A stretch of 32,000 nt of DNA from contig NZ_DS995298.1 in assembly GCF_000155895.1 (NCBI RefSeq), forward strand, positions 510,001 to 542,000, given 5' to 3'. Source of the stretch: Candidatus Pelagibacter sp. HTCC7211. Lineage in GTDB: Bacteria > Pseudomonadota > Alphaproteobacteria > Pelagibacterales > Pelagibacteraceae. Below are positions 1 to 14,596 of the stretch, one piece after another; the stretch's first letter is position 1, and each line of letters starts with the position of its first letter. The translations under genes and the position numbers were made by a program. The notes beneath the pieces are model-generated. The model had not been told where the DNA came from. It was given only the letters and a program-made list of their open reading frames with translations, and did not search any database.

Positions 1-339
1 TTTTTAATCGGCTCAAATGGAAAATTATCTCCTATTAAACATGAAGATAAAAGTAACTATTTACCATTTATATTTGGCAAACCTGAAATAGATAAATTTT
101 TAAAATTTAAAAAAACAATTGATGATTCCAAATTTAAATATAAAGATATTAATAATTTATTTTTTTTTTCATCTAATAGATGGGATATTCAGCTTAAAAA
201 TGATCTATTAATTAAATTACCATCTAAAAATATTAAAAAAACTTTAGATTTAGTTTCGGATTTTTTACTAGAAAATGATAACAATATTATAAAAATAGTT
301 GATGCAAGAATTCAAAATCAAATAATTTTAGATGATTGA
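1..339 (+). CDS. ftsQ: Cell division protein FtsQ, C-terminal part (5' end lies outside the window)
   Basis: Frame 1 is open from the window edge to TGA at 337-339. The translation ...NRWDIQLKNDLLIKLPSKNIKKTLDLVSDFL...IVDARIQNQIIL follows the E. coli FtsQ C-terminal pattern (RRWTLELNNDIKLNLG...YVDLRY). It sits upstream of an ftsA-position gene and lpxC. Confidence 0.75.
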   Translation, partial: FLIGSNGKLSPIKHEDKSNYLPFIFGKPEIDKFLKFKKTIDDSKFKYKDINNLFFFSSNRWDIQLKNDLLIKLPSKNIKKTLDLVSDFLLENDNNIIKIVDARIQNQIILDD

Positions 340-1033
340 AGAAACAGATTTTGAAACATATTTATACCTATCAAGTAACAAATTTGAAATTTTTTTATTT
401 GATAAAAAGCATATTAAAAATTTATTCCAAGAAACAATAACTTTCGAAAATGATTTTAATTTTTTAGAATTTACAGAGTTAACAAAATTTCTTGATAAAA
501 ATATATTTAAAATAGAAAAACTAATTGGAACTTTTATAAAAAATATTTTTTTAATTATTGATAACAAAAATAATTTTATTATTAAGCTTAGTAATAAAAA
601 AAAAATAGAAAACAAAGTTAACAAAGAAAGTTTAAAAAATACTTTAATAAAATTAAAAAATTTGATTAATGAAAATTATAAAAATCAAACAATAATGCAT
701 ATATTGCTCAATAACCAATTAGTTTATGATAACATTGAAACTTCATTAATTGAAAATGAAAAAACTAATCCTCAATGTTTAGAAGTTAGTTTTATAACTA
801 TATCTAATGATTTAATTATTAATTTAAATAAAGTTTTACAAAATTACCAAATTAAAATTTCAAAATATATAGATGGAAAATACGTCAAAGATTATTTTAA
901 AGACGATAAATTAGAACTATCTTTAGCTACACATAAATTAATTAATGGTTTTAATAATAATGAGGTTATAATAGTCCCAAAAAATGCAGAAAATCATGGA
1001 TTTTTTGAGAGATTTTTTAACGTTTTTAGTTAA
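332..1033 (+). CDS. Hypothetical protein in the ftsA position; possible truncated or degenerate FtsA-like protein with a C-terminal amphipathic helix
   Basis: 233 aa ORF whose ATG overlaps the ftsQ stop (ATGATTGA). It lies between ftsQ and lpxC. The C-terminus GFFERFFNVFS resembles an amphipathic membrane-targeting helix. No actin-fold phosphate motifs (DxGG-type) are recognisable by eye. Confidence 0.4.
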   Translation: MIEETDFETYLYLSSNKFEIFLFDKKHIKNLFQETITFENDFNFLEFTELTKFLDKNIFKIEKLIGTFIKNIFLIIDNKNNFIIKLSNKKKIENKVNKESLKNTLIKLKNLINENYKNQTIMHILLNNQLVYDNIETSLIENEKTNPQCLEVSFITISNDLIINLNKVLQNYQIKISKYIDGKYVKDYFKDDKLELSLATHKLINGFNNNEVIIVPKNAENHGFFERFFNVFS

Positions 1034-1097
1034 AATCGTTTTTTCTGGTAACATTAGTTGTATTTAAAAGTTGCTTGCACCATTCTAAAAGGATGAT

Positions 1098-2018
1098 GTG
1101 TCTTATCTTACTCAAAAAACTATAAAAAACCCTGTCTCATTCAGTGGAATTGCTTTGCATAACGGTTTAAATGTAAATGTTACTCTTAAATCAGCCAAAC
1201 CAAACGAAGGTATAGTTTTCAAAAGAGTAGATCTAAAAAATAACAATTTTATTTACCCAAATTATTTAAATGTAACCAATACCTCTTTAAATACCACTAT
1301 TGAAAATGAACATGGTGTAAAAGTTTCAACAATTGAACATTTGATGGGAGCATTATTTGGTTTAGGAATTGATAATGCACTTATTGAAATTGATAATGAA
1401 GAAGTTCCAATTTTAGATGGTTCGGCAAAAAACTTTATTGAAAAAATTATTTCATCTGGTTTTGATATAAGTGAAGAGCCAATTAAAATTATTAAAATAA
1501 ATAAAAAAATTGAATATTCTGACGGTAAAAGATTTATATCAATAGAACCATCAAAATTAAGTTTAGATATAGATTTTGAATTAAGGTTTAAAAATGAAAT
1601 AATTGGAAATCAAAGAAACAAGGTCAAAGTTTATGAAGATGATTTAACAGATGTATATAATTCAAGAACCTTTTGTTTGTTTGAAGATATTGAGTTTATC
1701 AAAAAAAATGGTCTCGCAAAAGGTGGAAGCTTGGATAATGCAATAGTGGTTAAGGATAAAGAGATACTAAACAAAGATGGTTTAAGAAATGATAAAGAAT
1801 TTGTTAACCATAAAATACTAGACTGCATAGGAGATCTATATACTTCTGGTTATAGAATTATTGGAAATGTTCTATGTTCTCAAGGAGGTCATTATCTAAC
1901 TAACCAATTATTAAGAAAAGTTTTTGTTGATAAAAATAATTTTTCAATAATAGAAATTAGAGAAAAAAATCTTCCACATACACTTATTAATAGAAATCTT
2001 TTGAGATCAATCGCTTAA
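1098..2018 (+). CDS. lpxC: UDP-3-O-acyl-N-acetylglucosamine deacetylase
   Basis: 306 aa with a GTG start preceded by AAAAGGA. The N-terminus LTQKTIKNPVSFSGIALHNG...VTL matches the LpxC N-terminal pattern. STIEHLMGAL and HKILDCIGDL are LpxC-type zinc/active-site motifs. Confidence 0.9.
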   Translation: MSYLTQKTIKNPVSFSGIALHNGLNVNVTLKSAKPNEGIVFKRVDLKNNNFIYPNYLNVTNTSLNTTIENEHGVKVSTIEHLMGALFGLGIDNALIEIDNEEVPILDGSAKNFIEKIISSGFDISEEPIKIIKINKKIEYSDGKRFISIEPSKLSLDIDFELRFKNEIIGNQRNKVKVYEDDLTDVYNSRTFCLFEDIEFIKKNGLAKGGSLDNAIVVKDKEILNKDGLRNDKEFVNHKILDCIGDLYTSGYRIIGNVLCSQGGHYLTNQLLRKVFVDKNNFSIIEIREKNLPHTLINRNLLRSIA

Positions 2019-2074
2019 ACAAACAAAGAAAACTTTAAAATTATTGGTTAAGTAAGTATAAACAAAAAGTATTT

Positions 2075-6622
<4,548 letters not shown>

Positions 6623-6626
<4 letters not shown>

Positions 6627-8659
6627 TTAATTCTTTTTTGGTATCTTATCCATCCTGGACTTCTTGTTTCATTTTCAATGTCAAAATCTTGATTAAATTC
6701 GAAATCTTGAGACTCGTCAATCTCTTCTTCAAAAAATGAATTTTTTTCTAAATATTTCTCAGGTAACTCATCTATAAATCTTGATGCCATACTGTCTATC
6801 CAGTCACCTTGATAAAATCTATTCATTGAAAATGATATAATTGCTTTTTTTTTTGCACGTGTAATACCCACATAGGCTAATCTTCGCTCTTCTTCTAGAC
6901 CGTTTTGACCTTTCTCTTCAATTGATTTTTGGTGAGGAAATAAACCCTCTTCCCACCCAGGAAGAAATACCGCATCAAATTCAAGACCTTTTGCTGCGTG
7001 CATTGTCATCATATTTATCTTTTCACCATCCCATTCCTGATCAACAGATGTAGCTAAAGAAACATGTTCTAAAAAACTTTCAAGATTATCAAATTCTTTC
7101 ATCGCAGTTAATAATTCTTTAATATTTTCTAATCTGCTTTCATTATCTAAATCTTTTTTATTTTTTAACATCGAAGAGTAACCAGACTCATCTAAAACGG
7201 TTTGCATTAATTTAATATGATTAATCTTTTTAATTTTAATATCGTTACGCCACTTACTTAAAGATTTAAGAAAAAAATTAAGACTAATTTTAGTTTTTGG
7301 CTTAATTAAATTTTCTTCAATCATTTGTTTTGCTGCATTTTCTAGACATAAATTATTTTTTTTTCCAAATTCATGAACAAGTTTAATAGTAGTGTCACCT
7401 ATTGATCGTTTTGGATTATTGACAATTCTTTCAAATGCCAAATCATCTTTTTCTTGATGAATTAATCTTAAATATGCAACACAATCTTTAATTTCAGCTC
7501 TTTCATAAAATTTAGTACCACCTAAAATTCTATAGGGCATACCAATCTTTAGAAATCTTTCTTCAAATTCTCTTGTTTGAAAAATTGCTCTTACTAAAAT
7601 AGCAACATTATTAAAAGAAAACTTTTTCTTTATATTTTTTTCAATTTCATCAGAAATTCCTATTGCTTCGTCTTTACCATTTTTAAAACAATTTAATTTA
7701 ACTAAATCACCTTCTTCCATTGTGGTAGTTAAAGTTTTGCCTACTCTATTTTCATTATTAGATATTAAATTAGAAGCTACTGATAAAATATTTTGAGAAG
7801 ATCTATAATTTTGCTCAAGTCTAATAACTTTTGTATTATTATAAACTTGATCAAATTCTAAAAAATTTTTTATTTCTGCACCTCGCCAGCTATAAATTGA
7901 CTGATCATCATCACCTACACAACATAAATTATTATGTTTTTCAGATAATAGATTAAGCCATTTGCTTTGAATAAAATTTGTATCCTGATATTCATCTACT
8001 AAAATATATTTAAAATTATTAGAGTAAATATTTCTTATATCTGGATAATTTTCTAAAATTTTTACGGTATGTAATATTAAATCTCCAAAATCACATGAAT
8101 TTAAGTCTATTAATTTTTGTTGATAAATTTTATAGAGAGGTAGTATAGTTTTTTCATATAAGTCTTTATTATTAACAACTACTTCTGAGGGATAATATCC
8201 CTTATTTTTCCATCGGTCTATAATTGCAAGAATAAATCTTGGCGCTAATTGTTTGATGTCTATATTTTCACTTTTACAAATATTTTTAATTAATCTAATT
8301 TGATCATCGGTGTCTATAATTGTAAAGTTTGAATTTAGATTTGCAGCTTTTGCGTGCTTTCTTAATATTTTTACACAAATTGAGTGAAACGTTCCAAGCC
8401 ACGAAAGACCTGTTGCAGTTGATCCAAGTATTTTGCTAACTCTAGTTTGCATCTCTTTCGCAGCTTTATTGGTAAAAGTTACTGACAAAATTTGATTGGG
8501 AAAAGCTTTCTTCTTTTTTATTATGTGAGCAATTCTAGAGGTCAAAACCTTAGTTTTTCCTGATCCCGCTCCTGCAACTATTAATAATGGCCCATCAACA
8601 TGTAATACAGCCTCTTTTTGTGCATTATTTAAATTATCTAGATAATCAGAGTTTATCAT
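6623..8659 (-). CDS. ATP-dependent DNA helicase, UvrD/Rep/PcrA family (SF1)
   Basis: 678 aa with Walker A AGAGSGKT, the VDEYQDTN motif, QNYRS, TMHAAKGLEF and YVGITRAK. These are the canonical SF1 UvrD-like helicase motifs. Confidence 0.9.
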
Positions 8660-8694
8660 TCAAAATATTTCTTTATAAGTTCCATTATATTATC

Positions 8695-10197
8695 ATGAGC
8701 AAACATAATTTTTTTGTAAAATTTTTAAAAAAGGTCAATTTATTTATAAATAGTCTATTAGAGAAAAAATTAAACAAATTAAATTTTCTTTTTGATTCAG
8801 ACAAATTATTAATTTTTTTAAGTTTTAAAAGAATTTTTGGGTTTATATCTGTATTGCTTGTTGTTGTTTTTTCTTATTTATCATTACCTTATTTCTATAA
8901 TACTAACAATTTAGTTAATAAAATTAAGAATCAATTATCTAAAAATTTGAATTTTAATTTCGCAATAAATAATGATTTTACATATAATTTTTTTCCAAAG
9001 CCAAATTTTGTATTTAAAGAAACTAAATTCTACGATGATAAAAAAAACTTTGCAGATGTAGAAAGAATTAAAATTTATATTTCACCCAAGTATCTATTCT
9101 CTCTTGATAATATTAAAATTGATGATGTAATTCTTAATAATGTTAATTTTAATTTAAATAATAAGAATTATAATTTTTTTACTAAACTTTTGAATAATAA
9201 TTTTTCAAATTTTAATTTTGAAATTAATGATAGTAAAATATTTTACAGAAATATTGATAATGATGTTTTGTTTATAAATAGTGTTAATCAATTGAAATAT
9301 TATTTTGACTTAAAGGATCAAAAAAACACTCTTTTAGCAAATTGTGAAATTTTTAATCTTCCATATACGATAGAATTAAAAGATGATATTAATGAAAAAA
9401 AAATAATCAGTAAATTAAATTTTGAATTTTTAAATCTTAAAGTAATTAATGAATATAGTAAAAAAAATTCAAATAAAAAAGGATCAATTAAATTTATTCA
9501 CAATAAAAATATAAGTGAAGGAAAATATGAAATTGAAAAGAATTTATTTAATTTTAATTATTTAGATAAATCTTTAGATAGTAATTTCAAATACGAAGGT
9601 ATGATTAATTTTATTCCATTTTTTTCAGAAATATCTGGTGACGTTAATAAAATTAATTTAAATCAAGTTTTAAATTCTGATAGTATCTTAGTACAATTAT
9701 TTAAAACAGAATTATTAAATAATAAAAATTTAAACATAGATACAATTATAAAAGCTAAAAAAATTGCTCCATATAATGATCTGATTAACTTAGTATTAAA
9801 TTTAAAAATAGAAGAGGGATTAGTAGATATTAATAATACCAAATTCAGCTGGTCAGATAATGTTGATTTTCAAATATCTAATAGCCTTATTTATGTAAAA
9901 GATAATAATTTAGTTTTGGATGGCAATATTATAATTGAAATTTATGACATTTATGAAATTTATAAGTATTTTAAAACACCTAGAAATTATCGAAAAGAAA
10001 TAAAAAAAATTAAATTAAATTTTGCCTACAATTTTGACCAAAAAATAACCACTCTTAATAGTATTGAAATAGATGGATTAATGAATCAAAAAGTAAATCA
10101 GATACTAAATCAATTTGTTTCTAAAGATACTCTTCTTCAAAATAGAGTTTATTTTAAAAATTTAATAAATGAGGCGCTTAAATCTTACTCCGGATAG
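8695..10197 (+). CDS. Hypothetical N-terminally anchored envelope protein, possibly AsmA-family
   Basis: The ORF track starts at 8587, but that extension overlaps the helicase gene. The ATG at 8695 (MSKHNFF...) is the first start beyond the helicase gene. There is one TM segment (IFGFISVLLVVVFSYLSL), followed by a pattern like the AsmA N-terminus (...NLNFNFAINNDFTYNFFPKPNFVFKETKF). The sequence is very Asn/Lys/Ile-rich. Confidence 0.45.
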   Translation: MSKHNFFVKFLKKVNLFINSLLEKKLNKLNFLFDSDKLLIFLSFKRIFGFISVLLVVVFSYLSLPYFYNTNNLVNKIKNQLSKNLNFNFAINNDFTYNFFPKPNFVFKETKFYDDKKNFADVERIKIYISPKYLFSLDNIKIDDVILNNVNFNLNNKNYNFFTKLLNNNFSNFNFEINDSKIFYRNIDNDVLFINSVNQLKYYFDLKDQKNTLLANCEIFNLPYTIELKDDINEKKIISKLNFEFLNLKVINEYSKKNSNKKGSIKFIHNKNISEGKYEIEKNLFNFNYLDKSLDSNFKYEGMINFIPFFSEISGDVNKINLNQVLNSDSILVQLFKTELLNNKNLNIDTIIKAKKIAPYNDLINLVLNLKIEEGLVDINNTKFSWSDNVDFQISNSLIYVKDNNLVLDGNIIIEIYDIYEIYKYFKTPRNYRKEIKKIKLNFAYNFDQKITTLNSIEIDGLMNQKVNQILNQFVSKDTLLQNRVYFKNLINEALKSYSG

Positions 10198-11573
10198 ATC
10201 ATTTTTTTTGGATTAACGATTTTATTATACTCTTTTTCACTTATTAACCCTGTTTTTAATGTTTCAAATTTAAGTTTTGTATTATTCTTTAATGCAGTCT
10301 TTGCAATTTTTGCGGCATTGTCATAACCTATGTGAGGAGCTAAAGCGGTTACTAACATTAATGAGTTATCCAGATGTTCTTGAATTTTTTTCTTATTAGC
10401 TTTTATTCCTTTAACACAGTAAAGAGCAAAATTTTTCGTGCTATCAGCTATTAAGTCAATCGATTGTAAAATATTATGTGCAATTAATGGTTTGAAAACA
10501 TTCAATTCAAAATGTCCATGAGAGCCAGCAATAGTTATACCGCTATGATTGCCAATTACTTTTACACATACCATCGTAACAGCTTCACATTGTGTTGGGT
10601 TTATTTTGCCTGGCATAATTGATGAACCAGGTTCATTTTCAGGTAATATAAGTTCCCCATATCCTGCTCTAGGTCCTGAGCCTAAAAATCTAATATCATT
10701 AGATATTTTCATTAAAGCCACAGCACAAGTGTTTAATGTTCCTGAAAAGTTAACAATTGAATCATGTGCTGCAAGTTCCGCAAATTTGTTTGCAGCTGGT
10801 TTAAATGGTATTTTTGTAAATTTAGAAATTTCCTTTACTATTTTTTTATCAAAATTTTTTTTAGAATTTATTCCTGTTCCAACAGCTGTACCTCCTTGAG
10901 CAAGATCAAATATTTCTTTTAATGCAACTTCAATTCTTTGAATACTTTTTTGTATCTGCACATGATAACCTGAAAATTCTTGTCCAAGAGAAAGAGGTGT
11001 TGCATCTTGAAGATGAGTTCTTCCAATTTTTACAATATCTTTAAACTCACGTGATTTTCTTTTTAACTCTTTTTCTAAAATTTTTAAATTTGGTAATAAT
11101 TTACTAATTGTTTCTTGAGCGATAGAAATATGCATAGCAGTTGGGAACACATCATTAGTAGATTGAGATTTATTTACATGATCATTAGGATGAACTGGTT
11201 TTTTTGTTCCTTTTTTACCACCTAAAATTTCAATCGAACGGTTAGCAATTACTTCATTAACATTCATATTAGTTTGGGTTCCAGAGCCTGTTTGCCAGAC
11301 TTTTAAAGGAAAGTTTTTGTCCAATTTACCTTTAATTACCTCATCAGAAGCTTTAATAATTGCTTTAGATATTTTACTGTTAATTAATTTATCTTTAGAG
11401 TGTACTATTGCAGCTGATCTCTTGATAATTGCAATGGATTTTATGATTGAAATGTTTACTAAAATTTTTCCAATATTAAAAAATTTATTTGATCTTTGAG
11501 TTGAAGCCCCCCAATATTTATCATTTGGAACATTAACACTTCCTATACTGTCAAATTCTTTTCTTAATTTCAT
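10185..11573 (-). CDS. fumC: Fumarate hydratase, class II
   Basis: 462 aa with the fumarate lyase signature GSSIMPGKINP and a typical FumC N-terminus (EFDSIG...VPNDKYWGASTQRS). Confidence 0.93.
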   Translation of the reverse strand: MKLRKEFDSIGSVNVPNDKYWGASTQRSNKFFNIGKILVNISIIKSIAIIKRSAAIVHSKDKLINSKISKAIIKASDEVIKGKLDKNFPLKVWQTGSGTQTNMNVNEVIANRSIEILGGKKGTKKPVHPNDHVNKSQSTNDVFPTAMHISIAQETISKLLPNLKILEKELKRKSREFKDIVKIGRTHLQDATPLSLGQEFSGYHVQIQKSIQRIEVALKEIFDLAQGGTAVGTGINSKKNFDKKIVKEISKFTKIPFKPAANKFAELAAHDSIVNFSGTLNTCAVALMKISNDIRFLGSGPRAGYGELILPENEPGSSIMPGKINPTQCEAVTMVCVKVIGNHSGITIAGSHGHFELNVFKPLIAHNILQSIDLIADSTKNFALYCVKGIKANKKKIQEHLDNSLMLVTALAPHIGYDNAAKIAKTALKNNTKLKFETLKTGLISEKEYNKIVNPKKMIYPE

Positions 11574-11640
11574 TGATTAATATGTAAGTAATAAATAATT
11601 ATTAACATACAATAAAATTTAAAAAACTTACAGGAGCAAT

Positions 11641-12012
11641 ATGTCGAATTTTAATAAAGTTGGAACTTTTATGAAAACTTTTGGACAAGAGGTCAAAACA
11701 GAACCTTCATTAAGTACAGAGAAGATCAATAAACTAAGGATAGATCTTATTAAGGAAGAATTGCAAGAACTGACCGAGGCAATGAATAATAAAGATTTAT
11801 TAGAGGTTGCAGATGCACTGACAGATATATTGTATGTTACCTATGGTGCTGGGCATGCATTTGGAATTGATTTGGACAAATGTTTTGAGGAAGTTCAAAA
11901 TTCAAATATGAGCAAATTAGGGGAAGATGGAAACCCAATTTATAATGAGTCTGGCAAAGTAATGAAAGGACCGAATTATTTCAAACCTGATTTGTCAAAG
12001 TTTGTATCTTAG
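11641..12012 (+). CDS. MazG-like all-alpha nucleoside triphosphate pyrophosphohydrolase family protein
   Basis: 123 aa with AGGAG 6 nt upstream of the ATG. The pattern RIDLIKEELQELTEA...EVADALTDILYVTYG fits the EExxE...D metal-binding helices of MazG/HisE-like NTP-PPases. Confidence 0.6.
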   Translation: MSNFNKVGTFMKTFGQEVKTEPSLSTEKINKLRIDLIKEELQELTEAMNNKDLLEVADALTDILYVTYGAGHAFGIDLDKCFEEVQNSNMSKLGEDGNPIYNESGKVMKGPNYFKPDLSKFVS

Positions 12013-12842
12013 ATTTCTAGTTTAAAATCAATCGCTGCTGCACTATGTGTAATACTTCCAATTGAAATTCTATCTACACCAGTTGAAGCAACTGATTTAA
12101 TTGTCTTTAAATTGATATTTCCTGAAGCTTCAGTTTCGTAATATTTTTTAGCAATCTTTACTCCAGCCTTAAGATTTTTAATATTAATGTTATCAAATAA
12201 AACAGTATTAAATTTAAGACCCATAATTACTTTAAGCTGATTTAAATTGTCAACTTCAACAGTAATTTTTCTTCCTTTCTTATTCTTTATAGCATGTGAT
12301 ACTAGATCTTGGATATTTGATGAGGCAATATGATTATCTTTAATTAAAAACTCATCACTTAAATTAAATCTATGATTAGTGCCACCACCTAATTTAACTG
12401 CATATTTTTGAATAACTCTCAAGTTTGGAATAGTTTTTCGTGTGCAACAAATCTTACATTTCTTACCAGCAAGTTTAACAAATTTATTTGTCTTTGTTGC
12501 TATACCAGAGATATGAGATAAAAAATTTAGTGCAACTCTTTCAGCAATTAAAATATTCTTTGCTTTACCTTCAATTATTGCAATTAAAGACCCTTTTTTA
12601 ACTTTCGAACCATCTTTTTTTTTAACTAAAAATTTAATTTTAGGATCTACTAAATTAAAAGCATGATGGACAAATAATAATCCACCAATAATTGCTTCCT
12701 GATTTGATAGAAGTTTAACTTTGATAATTTTATTATTATTAATTAGATTAGAGGTTATATCTCCAGAAGGATAAAGATCTTCATTTAATGCAAGTTTAAC
12801 AGTGTTACGAATAAAATCTTTACTAAGTTTTATTTTCGACAC
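12009..12842 (-). CDS. nadC: Nicotinate-nucleotide pyrophosphorylase (quinolinate phosphoribosyltransferase)
   Basis: 277 aa with a GTG start. Motifs: LNEDL...GDITS, TRKT.P..R, KYAV..GGG..HR..L.D..LIKDNH. It lies directly downstream of nadA. Confidence 0.9.
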   Translation of the reverse strand: MSKIKLSKDFIRNTVKLALNEDLYPSGDITSNLINNNKIIKVKLLSNQEAIIGGLLFVHHAFNLVDPKIKFLVKKKDGSKVKKGSLIAIIEGKAKNILIAERVALNFLSHISGIATKTNKFVKLAGKKCKICCTRKTIPNLRVIQKYAVKLGGGTNHRFNLSDEFLIKDNHIASSNIQDLVSHAIKNKKGRKITVEVDNLNQLKVIMGLKFNTVLFDNINIKNLKAGVKIAKKYYETEASGNINLKTIKSVASTGVDRISIGSITHSAAAIDFKLEI

Positions 12843-12848
12843 TAAAAT

Positions 12849-13838
12849 TTATCTGCCTACAGCAGCCATTCTTTCAACTGGAATTCTAGCTTTTTCAATT
12901 GTCTCTTTATCCATTATTATTTCACCAGTTTCATTTTCTAAACAATCTAGTATTTTTGGAAGCGTAATTTTTTTCATATGAGGACATAGGTTGCATGGTC
13001 TAATAAATTCTACATTAGGGTTTTCAACTTGAATATTATCACTCATGGAGCATTCAGTAACCATCATTACTTTTTTTGGCTGATTACTTTTAACATAATC
13101 AATCATACCACCTGTAGAACCAGCGAAGTCGCTAGCCTTAATTACTTCAGGTGGACATTCTGGGTGTGCTATAATTTTAATTCCAGGATTTCTTTCTCGT
13201 ATATCAAAAATTTCTTTTTCATTAAATTGATCATGAACCATGCATATCCCTTTCCAAGCAATAATTTCCACATTGGTTTGTGAAGCTACGTATTTTGCTA
13301 AGTAATCATCAGGTAAAAATATAACTTTATTAACACCAAGTGACTCTACAATTTTTACAGCATTTGCAGATGTACAACAAATATCTGTTTCTGCTTTAAC
13401 ATCTGCTGAAGTATTTACATAAGATACGACTGGTACCCCTGGATATTTTTCTTTAAGTAATCTTACATCTTTGCCAGTTACAGATGATGATAGGGAGCAA
13501 CCTGCATCCATATCTGGAAGCAAAACTTTCTTTTCTGGGCTCATTAATTTTGAGGTTTCTGCCATAAAGTGAACTCCCGCCATTACAATTATATCTGCTT
13601 TTGTTTTTGCGGCTTCTATTGCAAGAGCCAAAGAGTCTGCAGCTACATCTGCTATACCATGATATATTTCTGGAGTTTGATAATTATGTGCAAGAACAAT
13701 TGCATTTTTTTCTTTCTTTAATTGATTAATTCTATGAATGTATGGAGCATGCACTGACCACTCAATTTCAGGCATTACTTTTGAAATCTTTTGATAAATA
13801 GGATCTGTCGCTATTTTAACTTCTTGTGTAAATTCCAT
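12849..13838 (-). CDS. nadA: Quinolinate synthase
   Basis: NadA motifs are present: ILAHNYQ, VHFMAET, three-fold repeat architecture and conserved Cys residues. I chose the ATG at 13838 (MEFTQE...). An upstream TTG at 13853 is the alternative start used by the ORF track. Confidence 0.88.
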   Translation of the reverse strand: MEFTQEVKIATDPIYQKISKVMPEIEWSVHAPYIHRINQLKKEKNAIVLAHNYQTPEIYHGIADVAADSLALAIEAAKTKADIIVMAGVHFMAETSKLMSPEKKVLLPDMDAGCSLSSSVTGKDVRLLKEKYPGVPVVSYVNTSADVKAETDICCTSANAVKIVESLGVNKVIFLPDDYLAKYVASQTNVEIIAWKGICMVHDQFNEKEIFDIRERNPGIKIIAHPECPPEVIKASDFAGSTGGMIDYVKSNQPKKVMMVTECSMSDNIQVENPNVEFIRPCNLCPHMKKITLPKILDCLENETGEIIMDKETIEKARIPVERMAAVGR

Positions 13839-13893
13839 GGTAAAATTTATCAATTTGAAACGTCATTGTCATTAATTTATTATGAGACATATT

Positions 13894-13979
13894 GCGGTCG
13901 TGCTGAAATTGGTAGACAGGCACGGTTGAGGGCCGTGTGGACCTAGTCCATGAGAGTTCGAGTCTCTCCGACCGCACCA
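13894..13979 (+). tRNA. tRNA-Leu (anticodon GAG), with encoded CCA
   Basis: Hand fold gives acceptor GCGGTCG/CGACCGC, a D arm CTG-AAATTGGTAGA-CAG and anticodon stem CACGG/CCGTG. The loop is TTGAGGG, so the anticodon is GAG with G37. A long variable arm and a T arm with GTTCGAGTC are present, and the 3' end is ACCA. The layout parallels E. coli tRNA-Leu. Confidence 0.9.
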
Positions 13980-14102
13980 AAATGAATTTTTTATGGGACC
14001 TTTTTAATAAAAATTATAAATCTATTGTGTTGGTAAAGAGAGTTATTTGTTTAATAGAAAGTATTTTTAGACTCATAATTTTAAATTTGATAATATTTTT
14101 TT

Positions 14103-14591
14103 ATGAAACAAAAAGGCTTCACTCTAATAGAACTACTAGTCGTTGTTGCAATCATCGGTATATTAGCTGCGGTAGGTGTAGTTGCTTATAGTGGGTATAC
14201 AAGTGGCGCAAAAAAATCAGCAGCTACTTCTAATCATCAAGCTATAGTTAAATATATAACGACAGAAGCTCTAAAATGTTCGATAGGTGAAAGCACTGCT
14301 ATGGAAGGAAAATTAGATTGCTCAAAAAGTGGAACTGCAACTTGGAAAGATATTGTCGCAAAAGCAACCGTTGAAGTTTTAAATACAAATTTTAAGAATC
14401 CTTATGACTCTAAACCTCCAATTTCTCATGGTGGAAATATTACGAATGATACAGATGTTGGATATAACAGGTTGAGATCTCCTGGAACAAAAATTCAAGT
14501 TATAACTTGTGTTAAAACTCCTTGTTCTGGAACTCAATGTAGTATTCCAAATCATGTTTGTAGTAATGACATTGATTTAAGTGGATTATAA
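14103..14591 (+). CDS. Type IV pilin / pseudopilin with an N-terminal methylation motif
   Basis: 162 aa. The prepilin leader is MKQKG|FTLIELLVVVAIIGILAAVGVVAY (G-1, F+1, E+5). The C-terminal domain is variable and carries 6 Cys. Confidence 0.85.
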   Translation: MKQKGFTLIELLVVVAIIGILAAVGVVAYSGYTSGAKKSAATSNHQAIVKYITTEALKCSIGESTAMEGKLDCSKSGTATWKDIVAKATVEVLNTNFKNPYDSKPPISHGGNITNDTDVGYNRLRSPGTKIQVITCVKTPCSGTQCSIPNHVCSNDIDLSGL

Positions 14592-14596
14592 TTTTT

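Noticed and set aside
8587-8694. N-terminal 36-codon extension of the AsmA-like ORF
   Set aside because: The extension overlaps the 5' end of the divergent helicase gene by 73 nt. The internal ATG at 8695 gives a sensible N-terminus followed by a TM anchor.
10549-10899. 116 aa antisense ORF inside fumC; similar antisense ORFs lie at 11317-11499 and 13029-13283
   Set aside because: These are fully embedded opposite strongly supported conserved genes and have no recognisable motifs. They are shadow ORFs typical of relatively GC-richer coding regions.
13980-14102. Searched for a sigma-54 (GG-N10-GC) promoter upstream of the pilin genes, as is common for pilA
   Set aside because: TGG is present in TGTTGGTAAAG, but there is no GC element at the correct spacing. 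I cannot support a sigma-54 promoter call.
13937-14191. 84 aa ORF overlapping the 3' half of tRNA-Leu and the pilin start
   Set aside because: It begins inside a well-folded tRNA gene and runs out of frame across the pilin 5' end. It is an artefact.
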